From an uncultured Candidatus Peribacteria bacterium (GTDB lineage: Bacteria > Patescibacteriota > Gracilibacteria > RBG-16-42-10): 64,000 nucleotides of DNA. Both the position numbers and the translations under genes were made by a program. Location: contig CAZERA010000001.1 in NCBI GenBank assembly GCA_964514565.1, forward strand, positions 62,001 through 126,000, given 5' to 3'. The notes under the pieces were generated by a model. The model saw only the letters and a list, made by a program, of their open reading frames with translations. It ran no database searches and was not told where the DNA came from. Positions 29,780 to 38,693 of the stretch are shown piece after piece. Positions within the stretch are counted from its first letter, which is position 1, and every line of letters begins with the position of its first letter.

Positions 29780-30070
29780 CCCCTGCAAGTTTATTAGTAT
29801 TATATAATTTGTATATATACATAAGAAATAATAATAATAGGCTCTTGTGTTCATAGTTGATTTAGCTTTCTAATAATCATTCGCATTTAATTATTTCTCT
29901 TCTATAAGACTAAATCGTAATCACTGTAAACTTTTTGGCTCTGATAAATACTTAAATTTACTCAGTGTGGAAATGATGATTAATAGAGCTACTATTTCTA
30001 CGGTGGAAAACTTCCCCCTTTCCTGTGCAAACTCAAAATTTTATGGACATATCTTCCTGGTGAATAGAAA
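29780..30070. other. Putative replication origin (oriC)
   Basis: AT-rich tract, (TAA)3TAG trios at 29829-29840, short GC spacer, co-oriented degenerate DnaA boxes (TGTGGAAAT 29966, GGTGGAAAA 30002, TGTGCAAAC 30024, GGTGAATAG 30059). Upstream of dnaN, with an apparent GC-skew reversal. Confidence 0.6.
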
Positions 30071-30125
30071 ATGAAACATAAAATCTCACAAGGTCATTGC
30101 ATAAAAAGAGCAAAACTTTCAGAGG

Positions 30126-31325
30126 TTATGCACTTTCAGTGGAAGAAAAGATTTTTTTCGCTTCTAGTAGTACCCTCTCTTGGCTCACTTCATCGATTTG
30201 CTTGATTACAAGATACTTTTTGACCTGTTCATGTATACTTTCTTGCTTGTTTACTAGGCTTTTCTCGGTTTTTTTTGTTTCTTTACCCTCCTTGACCTTT
30301 CTTTCAATCCCCGCGAAATAATAGGCCTCTTGTAAATAGTCCTTGAGATCTTGCATCCCAATTTTATTTACAAACTCTTCATCGCCAGTCACGATTACTC
30401 GTACTACTTTATCCTTCAGACTCTTTCCTGGAGCCGATAATGTATCTTCGATAGTCCATGTATAAAAGTCTCGTACCGCTAAAGCGATAAATTCAACAGT
30501 TGTCTTTCTTTCAGGTGTCATTTCAATCGTCACTAAGACACAACCCTTGTCTTCTTTCTCTTCACCGAAATCAATCCGCTGCGGAGATCCGGCATACACT
30601 ACATAAGGATCAGTATGTAAGATTTGGTGTCGATGGAGATGACCACAGGCTACATAATCGAGCTTGTGACTAGCGAGCAGACTCAATGGTACGACCAGGT
30701 CTTTACCAATCATTACATTGCGCTCACTACCAAAAGTTGCCCCCATCACCGTGGCATGAACTATAGCTACATGGGGTATACCTGGTGTTAGTTGGGCTAT
30801 TTTTTCCAGAAACAACTGACTACCTTTTTCCAGCAATATTGTATCGATCTCATCAAGACTTTTCCCTTTATAAACTTCATTCTTTAATAAAAAGTTCCTA
30901 GTCAGCCAAGGCCAAGTGACAATTTCCAAAGGTCCAGATTTTGTTTCTACCACAAACTTTTCAATCTTTTTACTAACGCGTACTCGTGGTAAGTCGAGTG
31001 AACGATAAATCTCTAGAGTATGAGCTTTATGCTCGATGTTTGGCAAATCATGATTGCCCACCAATAAGATTACCTGTCTGTCTTGCTCCCCAAATGCTTT
31101 GAGAGCCTTAGCAAATGCATTCTGATAGGTAGGACTGGGGTCGCGATTTTTAAAGGCATCACCACTGAATATCACCACATCGACATCATGTGTGTTTGCT
31201 AGGTCTATCATATCAGCTAGTGCTTTTTGCCAGTCTTGAAATCGCGTAGACAGTCCAGTAGCAGGATCGATATGTCCATAGTTTTCCATGCCAAGATGGA
31301 GATCAGAAAAATGGAGAATTTTCAT
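30126..31325 (-). CDS. sbcD: SbcD/Mre11-family nuclease subunit
   Basis: MKILHFSDLHLG, SGDAF, GNHD, YVACGHLH, YAGSPQRIDFGE. Start at ATG 31325. Confidence 0.92.
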   Translation of the reverse strand: MKILHFSDLHLGMENYGHIDPATGLSTRFQDWQKALADMIDLANTHDVDVVIFSGDAFKNRDPSPTYQNAFAKALKAFGEQDRQVILLVGNHDLPNIEHKAHTLEIYRSLDLPRVRVSKKIEKFVVETKSGPLEIVTWPWLTRNFLLKNEVYKGKSLDEIDTILLEKGSQLFLEKIAQLTPGIPHVAIVHATVMGATFGSERNVMIGKDLVVPLSLLASHKLDYVACGHLHRHQILHTDPYVVYAGSPQRIDFGEEKEDKGCVLVTIEMTPERKTTVEFIALAVRDFYTWTIEDTLSAPGKSLKDKVVRVIVTGDEEFVNKIGMQDLKDYLQEAYYFAGIERKVKEGKETKKTEKSLVNKQESIHEQVKKYLVIKQIDEVSQERVLLEAKKIFSSTESA

Positions 31326-31409
31326 AATAAAAAAAGAGAAGCTTCCACCAAAAAACACTTTATAGTAAACTCCCCAAACAAAGTAGACCCAGGCCCTGAG
31401 TTTCAGTAA

Positions 31410-31440
31410 CTCTGACCTCTGCTCTCTGACCTCTGACCTA
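31410..31440. repeat. Tandem heptamer tract, CTCTGAC family, copy 2
   Basis: CTCTGAC CTCTGCT CTCTGAC CTCTGAC CTA, 2 bp before the nrdR ATG. Confidence 0.75.
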
Positions 31441-31442
31441 TC

Positions 31443-31886
31443 ATGGAGTGCCCTCGCTGTCATACACTAGAAACTGCCGTCATCGATTCGCGATTAGCAG
31501 AACACAACAAAGCGATTCGTCGTCGCCGACAATGTGATAAATGTGAATTTCGATTCTCAACGATTGAACGTGTCCGCTACGAAGGCTTTGTAGTAATCAA
31601 GAAAGATGGTACTAGGGAGCCCTATAACCGCCAAAAATTAGAAGAAGGCATCTGGAAAGCATGTATCAAACGTCCAGTCACCCAAATGCAGGTAGATGAT
31701 CTTTTGATCAAACTAGAAGAAAAGTGGTCGCTAGAAAAAGAAGTTCCATCCACCACCTTAGGCAAAGACGTTCTCAACGCCCTCAAAGAGCTAGATCAAG
31801 TAGCCTACATTAGATTTGCCTCAGTCTACCGCTCTTTCTCAGATCTAGCCTCTTTCCAGAAACTGCTAGAGGATTTATCAAGTTAA
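31443..31886 (+). CDS. nrdR: Transcriptional repressor NrdR
   Basis: CPRC..VIDSR..IRRRRQC..C..RFSTIE zinc ribbon, ATP cone, VAYIRFASVYRSF. Confidence 0.98.
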   Translation: MECPRCHTLETAVIDSRLAEHNKAIRRRRQCDKCEFRFSTIERVRYEGFVVIKKDGTREPYNRQKLEEGIWKACIKRPVTQMQVDDLLIKLEEKWSLEKEVPSTTLGKDVLNALKELDQVAYIRFASVYRSFSDLASFQKLLEDLSS

Positions 31887-31888
31887 TA

Positions 31889-31941
31889 AAAAGGTAAGAA
31901 GTGAATAAGCTTCTTACCTTTTACTTCTTCTTTTTTACCTC
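31889..31941. terminator. Heptamer-derived hairpin between convergent genes, likely bidirectional terminator
   Basis: AAAAGGTAAGAAG-tgaataag-CTTCTTACCTTTT, a perfect 13-bp stem, then further pyrimidine heptamers. Confidence 0.7.
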
Positions 31942-31950
31942 ACAAGCCCG

Positions 31951-34900
31951 CTAGGTCTTGATTCTTCGAGCATAACCTATACTAGTCGCAGCCAAAGCAA
32001 TCAAGAAGCTCCAAATCAAATATGGTCTTAATTTTTGCCATAGGGTTATTCCTGACGCATTAATCCAGTCTTTCTCTTGGATAGTATTGATGGTGCTAAT
32101 ATTTCCAGCTTGGTCAGCTACAGCTACTATATACTGATTGGTCCAGTTGCTAGGTGACAAACTAAACTTGCCTTCACTGGTGGCCTGAATAAAGTAATCA
32201 CTACTCTTTTGACCGATTGCTTTGATACCTACAAAAGCAAATGGCTCAGTCACGCCTTGAATATTGGTCCAAGAAGCCGTTATTACCTTGGGACTAGTGG
32301 GTGCAGTTCGATCTACAGTGAAAGAATATTGAGATTCTTGCTCTCCCTGACTATTCTTGACCGTAAATTGATGTTTTCCTTCTTCCAGTGTTTTATTACT
32401 AGCTACAATCCAAGCCCCGTCTTTGTCACTAGAGATGGGATAATTGGTAGGATTTTCGCTAGCGATAGTGAGGGTATATTTTTCATTACTGTCCTTCACT
32501 TTACCAAAGAAGGTTGGCTTTTCGACATTCGTAGCCAATGGTTTATTCTGGTCAAAGAAGACATTATTATTGCCGCCCTCCAACAAACCAGCCAATGTCT
32601 GCGGTTGGTTCTTTGTGGTGTAGCCTTGGGGGTCACTGAGGTCAGTGTAGGCACCTGATCCATCTTTGAGCCTAAAGCTTACAAAACCTGAATCACTGAT
32701 AGTTTTTGGTAAAAAGTAAATAAATCTACCAGCGGCATTAGGGGTGACACTTGCAAGCTTGATATCTTGGCTGCCACGTTTCCAGATTTCAATACTATCG
32801 GGAATTGATTGGAAGCTTGGCGAAATACTGCCGGTGACTATTCCAGCCTGGCTTTGGCCAGTAAAACGAGCTTCCTTTACCTGAAGTGAGAAGTATTTTT
32901 TTTGTTCTTTACCATTGTCATCAATAGTACTCAGTACAGCACCAAAATTACCCATGGTTTGAAATGGGTCACTACTGATCGTATTTTCGTTGGTATAAGT
33001 AACCACATTCTTTAGTGTAGGCAGACTATCACCAAGGTACTCAGGTAAGGTATCACCAAAATAGTACACATGTGATGCAGTTTGGCGCATGAGATGCTCT
33101 TCACCTTGGCTTTTAACATCAATACTGTCACGTGCTTTTGCAGTCTGTGGTTCAACCACCAGTTTATGATCTTTGGGGAGATAGACATCATTCACAGGAG
33201 TGTCGTCGGCTTCAATCGCTGTAGTGGTCGTATTTCCAGCTTGATCGGTAATCAACAATGAACTGCCGTCAGTGATACTCACCGCAATCACTCCCGGTTT
33301 TGCTAATGTCACTTCAGTATTGTCAGGTAATGTCACATTATATGGTGCTACGCCGCCACTAATAGTGACTAGTCTACTACTACCAGCTACACCAGAGACA
33401 CGATTGGGATAGACTTCGGGCATAGTAACCAACACGGTATTTTCAAACACCCCTATTTTGCCATCTGCATCTTTTACTTGGCTAACAATAGTATAGATAC
33501 CTGGCCGTGAATAAATATGCTTGATTGGCATTTCCTCAGCTGTCCCATTGACTCGATGGGTTTTATTAAAGGCTGGTTTTGCTTCATCGTTCTCAGTTTT
33601 TGTACCATCACCCCAATTGACTTCATAAGTCCAGGTGAAGGCATTGTCTGCTCTTCCTGACACATCTACCGCTTGACCCAATAAATACAAAGGTTCATTA
33701 ACTCCAATCACAGCTGGCACTTTTTCGCTTGCGTCTTTGCTGACCCAATTGGGTGCATTGTTCTTGGTCAACCAAGTCTCAGCTGAGATTCTAGGGTAGT
33801 CATGTGGTTGAGCAGTAATACTCACAAAACCAATTTGTTTGATGACCGTACCATCCAGCAACGTACGTAAGCTGCTGATAATATATTCACCAGGGAAGGT
33901 ATAAATATGCTGAGGCTGCTCTTTGCTAGAGCTGTCGATGTCTTTGCCCAGTGTCCACGCTTGGACGCCCCCAGGACCTTGTAGCGTGATTGGATCACCT
34001 AAATGGTTCTGGATAATATTACCCGTGATTGATGTATTGGTAGATTCGCTAATAGTCTGGTCAGCATAGGCTGTTTGGTAATTCAACTGTTCACCTAAGG
34101 CGAGTGTAGATACTAATGTACTTTGATTGACACTATTTGCTTGTAAATTATTGATAGTACCATCTGCATGCACTTGCCAGTCGGTGATAGCGGTAGTTTG
34201 TGATGTGCCTCCGTCATCTAAGACAGCACGCGCAGCAAAGAAATAACGTTTATTGGGTTCTAGTCCTGGGATAATTTTCTCAGGTGATGGTATCTTGCGT
34301 AGTTCTTCTACCGTGATTGGGACAATAGTAGCTTGGCCATTACGGACGTTAGCTTCCACAGTGTCATACAATAATTCATACCGTTGGACTGGTACCAACT
34401 GGGTAAGGTTTTGCAGTGTGACTTGAGGTTCTAATAAATACTGTAGCTGAATACTAGCACTAGTATCAGCTAGCTCTAGCTTGGCATGATCGATCAAGAC
34501 ACTTTGTTCTATCGGTTTACTACCAAATGATCCCAATGTACTAATGATCTCATCTGTTTGGCTGATTAAACTAAAGGTAGTTAAACCAGAAAACGTATTT
34601 GTTTGCCAGATAAACTGCAGTGGCTGATTAGTAAGTTTGGTAAGAGGGACTAGTTGTTGAGCAGTAGATGTCAGCGAACTACTTAAACTCAAGTTACAGT
34701 CAGATCCTGAGACATTACCACTAATTGTGGCTATCAAAGTGTCATTGTTTTTGAATGTAAGACTGTTATTTTGGCAAAATGAGGCTACTTGGAAAGCAAT
34801 GCTTCCTTGTAAGCTGTGTTCATTCTCTGTCAAAGCAGATTCAATACTAGTACCAGCACTAGAGTTAATTTTTCTTTGACTGTTGCCATCTAACCAAACA

Positions 34901-37005
34901 CCGATATTGCCAAGCGTTTGTTGTACTTGCTTTTCTACAGTAGCTAAAGGTGATTTACCGGCTTCAATAAAACGTACACCCTGCCAGGCAAAGTGGTCTT
35001 GGTGCCAAAGCACTAGTCCGTCATCGCGACTCAATGTGGCCTGCGTGCCATCGAAACTGAGTATGAGTTGGTATTTACGCCCTGGGTTGAAACTAACACC
35101 ATTGGTGGTTGTGTTGGCTTTAATACCATTTTGATCCCAACTTACTACTTGTAGATTGCCATCTGGGTTCATCAGTATGCTAATTCTGTTGTCTCTACTT
35201 TCGGCAGTATCATTGCTAGTAAAGCTGATCAGATGAGCTGTGGTTGCGGGAGTAGCAATTATTTGTTGGCTCCATACTAGACTTCCTTTTGCAATCGGTT
35301 CAGAAAGATCAATTTTTAGGTGAGCATTGGTATTCGTTCCATTATTCCAACCATCTTGGTTCTGCAGTCCCACCATATCAATTAGCGCTGGGTCAGTATC
35401 TTGCAGAGAAATCTGCTTCCAAGGTTTAAATTTTTGGAGCCCCTCAGCACTAAATGGACAAGTAGTTAGCAATGTACAATCTTCATCAAAACCAAATACC
35501 TGATCAAAATTTAAATAGTCACTCATTAGTGCTGTTTGTCTGTCTTCATTGGCAGCCTTTTTGCTTCGTTGATCATAGTTCTGACTAGCCAAAGTATTGC
35601 CATTTGAAGTAAGTACTTGGGTAATGAAACCTTTGCTATGTGTCAGGGTATAGAGGTTGGTGCTATTGATCTCTTTGCCAGTTAGCCAATCACTGCCAGC
35701 TAGAATCAATGCTTTTTCAATTCCCGCTAGCTTCTCTTTTTGGGCTATGCTGATACTGTCATTGGTATTCGCGTTAGCTTGTGCTCGATAAAAGAAATTA
35801 GCTTCACCAGAACGTCCAGTGATGCCTTGAATGCTATCGCTCGTGGCTGTTTCATAGCTTGATGTAGGTATTTGGGCTGTAGCATCGATACCAATTTGGA
35901 GAGGCAGAGATTGATCGCCATTGGTATAGAGCAACAAGGCAATTTTATGAGTGCTTGGAACCGGTACCCAGCCTCTAAAGTTACCCCCCTTTTTCTCAGT
36001 TTCTAGCACCACGCGTGAGAAGTCATCGCGGTCTACTAACTTGAGTACATCACCTGGATTTATTTGATAGTAGAGATAAAGAGCATTTATTGGTGTTGTG
36101 CTTTCTAGGGTAGGGCCTGGAACGGTTTTTGCTGCATCATCAACTACACCGTCAAAGCTAAAGTTTTGATTGACTCGTGTGCCAGCATTTTCATCTGGAA
36201 ATTGCCACCCAGCATTGGGCAACGGTTTTGTGGCCACCACTTCATTTTGTTGATCTAGAATATTCCTAAGTGTCGATTTATTAGGGAAAAATAAACTAGT
36301 CTTGATAAAACTACTACTTCCAATGTCATTGCTTAAGATTACATCATTGTCTTGAAAAATGCTGTTATAAACAAATACCTTATTTGTTTGGTTCGCTTGC
36401 ACTACTACTTTATTGTTGACGAAGTCGCTATTGGCTATTCGTACATAACTAAATGGTGACATTGCCAGGGATTGCGTCGCTTCCAGTACCACTACTCGGT
36501 TGATACTACTAGCACCATTGGCTGCTCTGATAGCTGTACCGGCTTGTTCCAATAGCAAATCTTGAATACCACTGCCATTGTCTAGCACTATGGAAGTTTT
36601 TCCAGGGAGGCCAAAAAGAGTAGTCTGTCCGTTGCTTGCTGGTTGCCAAGTGCGACTGTCGTAGCCACCCTTGAGGATCACACCTGCCGGTATTACCAAA
36701 TCATGTTCATTGTACCTACCAGTACTAATGGCAATCACACCTGTCTTTGTATCAGCTAAAGCAGATTGAATAGTGAGATAGTCACCTTGTCCTTCACTGT
36801 CTACCCTCGCAGTGACTGTCAGTCCCTCCGGTAAAGGTTGAAATGCGACAGCTACATCGTTTCCTTGTTGTTCTATATGAGTAATACTAACAGTGCCCAA
36901 GGTTTGGTTGGTTGCAGCAATAGTTGAGGCTGGAAAGGCCTGGAAAATGATGCTTGCTAAAGTAATAGATGCTAGTAGTCGCATAGGTCTATGATGAGAT
37001 TTCAT
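31951..37005 (-). CDS. Giant secreted, C-terminally membrane-anchored protein (beta-helix, LamG-like, FN3/PKD/Ig-like domains)
   Basis: Signal peptide; GDYLTIQSAL; GLEPNKRYFFAARAV; VNWGDGT/HIYSRPGIYTI; FTVDRTAP; C-terminal TM plus RRIK. Confidence 0.65.
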   Translation of the reverse strand: MKSHHRPMRLLASITLASIIFQAFPASTIAATNQTLGTVSITHIEQQGNDVAVAFQPLPEGLTVTARVDSEGQGDYLTIQSALADTKTGVIAISTGRYNEHDLVIPAGVILKGGYDSRTWQPASNGQTTLFGLPGKTSIVLDNGSGIQDLLLEQAGTAIRAANGASSINRVVVLEATQSLAMSPFSYVRIANSDFVNNKVVVQANQTNKVFVYNSIFQDNDVILSNDIGSSSFIKTSLFFPNKSTLRNILDQQNEVVATKPLPNAGWQFPDENAGTRVNQNFSFDGVVDDAAKTVPGPTLESTTPINALYLYYQINPGDVLKLVDRDDFSRVVLETEKKGGNFRGWVPVPSTHKIALLLYTNGDQSLPLQIGIDATAQIPTSSYETATSDSIQGITGRSGEANFFYRAQANANTNDSISIAQKEKLAGIEKALILAGSDWLTGKEINSTNLYTLTHSKGFITQVLTSNGNTLASQNYDQRSKKAANEDRQTALMSDYLNFDQVFGFDEDCTLLTTCPFSAEGLQKFKPWKQISLQDTDPALIDMVGLQNQDGWNNGTNTNAHLKIDLSEPIAKGSLVWSQQIIATPATTAHLISFTSNDTAESRDNRISILMNPDGNLQVVSWDQNGIKANTTTNGVSFNPGRKYQLILSFDGTQATLSRDDGLVLWHQDHFAWQGVRFIEAGKSPLATVEKQVQQTLGNIGVWLDGNSQRKINSSAGTSIESALTENEHSLQGSIAFQVASFCQNNSLTFKNNDTLIATISGNVSGSDCNLSLSSSLTSTAQQLVPLTKLTNQPLQFIWQTNTFSGLTTFSLISQTDEIISTLGSFGSKPIEQSVLIDHAKLELADTSASIQLQYLLEPQVTLQNLTQLVPVQRYELLYDTVEANVRNGQATIVPITVEELRKIPSPEKIIPGLEPNKRYFFAARAVLDDGGTSQTTAITDWQVHADGTINNLQANSVNQSTLVSTLALGEQLNYQTAYADQTISESTNTSITGNIIQNHLGDPITLQGPGGVQAWTLGKDIDSSSKEQPQHIYTFPGEYIISSLRTLLDGTVIKQIGFVSITAQPHDYPRISAETWLTKNNAPNWVSKDASEKVPAVIGVNEPLYLLGQAVDVSGRADNAFTWTYEVNWGDGTKTENDEAKPAFNKTHRVNGTAEEMPIKHIYSRPGIYTIVSQVKDADGKIGVFENTVLVTMPEVYPNRVSGVAGSSRLVTISGGVAPYNVTLPDNTEVTLAKPGVIAVSITDGSSLLITDQAGNTTTTAIEADDTPVNDVYLPKDHKLVVEPQTAKARDSIDVKSQGEEHLMRQTASHVYYFGDTLPEYLGDSLPTLKNVVTYTNENTISSDPFQTMGNFGAVLSTIDDNGKEQKKYFSLQVKEARFTGQSQAGIVTGSISPSFQSIPDSIEIWKRGSQDIKLASVTPNAAGRFIYFLPKTISDSGFVSFRLKDGSGAYTDLSDPQGYTTKNQPQTLAGLLEGGNNNVFFDQNKPLATNVEKPTFFGKVKDSNEKYTLTIASENPTNYPISSDKDGAWIVASNKTLEEGKHQFTVKNSQGEQESQYSFTVDRTAPTSPKVITASWTNIQGVTEPFAFVGIKAIGQKSSDYFIQATSEGKFSLSPSNWTNQYIVAVADQAGNISTINTIQEKDWINASGITLWQKLRPYLIWSFLIALAATSIGYARRIKT

Positions 37006-38674
37006 TGTTTTTCTTCAAGAAAATATGACCACTTTTGAGATAGACAATATCTTTATCGCCATCTTGGTCGATATCAATGGCTCGCACCATCGGTTTACCA
37101 CCCTCTAAGTTCAATCCACCAATCACTGCCTGTACACTGCTTGGAATGTCCACGACTAGGGTGACTACTTTGAGATCATCAGTGTCGGAAAAAGTTGGTG
37201 TTGGAGTAACTGGTGCGACTGTATAGTTGGTCGTGGTATGTTGATGGATAATATCTAGTGCAGCGCTACTAATATTACCTGCAGCAGGTGCTAAATAAAT
37301 ATGGTACTGGTCATTGTGCTCAATACCATAGCTGGTAGCTCCAATCAGTAAACTTCTACCTGCCAAGCTATCAATTGGGAGGAAATTAGCATTGAGGTCG
37401 GTAATGACGCTGCGGGGTTCTGTGGTTTGTTCAGTAGCGTTTGGTAAATGGGTATTGCCAAAGCTACTTTCAAGGACAGTCCCTTGCATGCTACCAGTAT
37501 ATGTAAAGCAACCTTGGCCATCTCCATTGTAAACTAGATCTTTTTTTGTTTCGTCGGTATTGCTTGTCAAAAGGAATCTATCTCCTGGCAATAAAGAAGA
37601 TTGAAAAGCATCTACCCCTTCGCCAGTATCAGGCAAAGTAATATCCACTATCAGTTGATTAGTGGTCCCCTGGCGGATTGGCAGTAGTTTATTTGGACTA
37701 GCAGTTAAGCTGATATAACTACCCGTTAAGTTCCGATCATGGATCTGGCTAGGAGGTACACTGATTGTAAAAGTGAGCACATGTGAGTCAGGATTATATG
37801 CTGTTGCTACATTGCTGTTACTCATTACTTCAGTTGTATGAGTGGTCAACCGCAGGTCAATATTGCTATCTCCACCAAATTGACCTACAGCCATAGCTGT
37901 GAGGGTCTCAATATCTTGTGGTATGAACGGTGTGCAGGCTACTGTTGCAAAGTTGTGATTACCCAGGTTGGTACTTACACTCACTTGCAGGTTTTGGCTG
38001 ATCACTTTAGTTGGCAACAAATAACTAATATATTGTCCCGCACTAAACAGCGTCCGGTAATCATCCAAGCTATTGTTTTCTTCTGGTGCTAATTGTTTCT
38101 CTAGGTAAATCGCATTGCGAGGAGTGTCATCTGTGGGGCCGGTATTACTCTTGATACTATACTGCGCGCCTTCACTGCTGATCACAGTGGATTGGGTGAG
38201 AATATTTTTACGTAATAGCTGGTCAGTAATCAGATAGTCTGAACCAACCTCCACAATCCGGGCCCGTTGCCAAGTTTTACTATCGAGCCATTGAGCTGGC
38301 AATACAGAAACTAAATCGTCTTTTTGATCACTCGTCAGGTCATAAGAAAGCATTGCCACAGGCGTTTTGGCGAGCTTCAAACCTGCGTAAGTTCTAAAAT
38401 CGTCATTTTCTTGAGTGACGATACCCCCATTGCCAGAGCCATCAAAAGCAAGGATGTCGTCTTTTTCAGTACTATCTTGTTTGATTGTCCCAATAAACTT
38501 TATGGCACTAAGTGTGCTTGGTACTTCTACCCCAGTATTTTGGTCGAAGGTAGTCATGTCTGGAAAGCTTTCTATCTCAGCTGTTGCCTGAATGGCCGTT
38601 AGCCAAAGTGCACTTGCTACACTAGCAATTAGGAGAGTAGTAATGCCGCTAATAAGTAAATTCCTAGACTTCAT
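36989..38674 (-). CDS. Secreted protein with FG-GAP/VCBS-like Ca-binding motifs
   Basis: Signal peptide; DLTSDQKDDLV, GQFGGDSNIDL, DIDQDGDKDIV. Confidence 0.55.
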   Translation of the reverse strand: MKSRNLLISGITTLLIASVASALWLTAIQATAEIESFPDMTTFDQNTGVEVPSTLSAIKFIGTIKQDSTEKDDILAFDGSGNGGIVTQENDDFRTYAGLKLAKTPVAMLSYDLTSDQKDDLVSVLPAQWLDSKTWQRARIVEVGSDYLITDQLLRKNILTQSTVISSEGAQYSIKSNTGPTDDTPRNAIYLEKQLAPEENNSLDDYRTLFSAGQYISYLLPTKVISQNLQVSVSTNLGNHNFATVACTPFIPQDIETLTAMAVGQFGGDSNIDLRLTTHTTEVMSNSNVATAYNPDSHVLTFTISVPPSQIHDRNLTGSYISLTASPNKLLPIRQGTTNQLIVDITLPDTGEGVDAFQSSLLPGDRFLLTSNTDETKKDLVYNGDGQGCFTYTGSMQGTVLESSFGNTHLPNATEQTTEPRSVITDLNANFLPIDSLAGRSLLIGATSYGIEHNDQYHIYLAPAAGNISSAALDIIHQHTTTNYTVAPVTPTPTFSDTDDLKVVTLVVDIPSSVQAVIGGLNLEGGKPMVRAIDIDQDGDKDIVYLKSGHIFLKKNNEISS

Positions 38675-38693
38675 AAAAGTGTATCAGGCTGTT

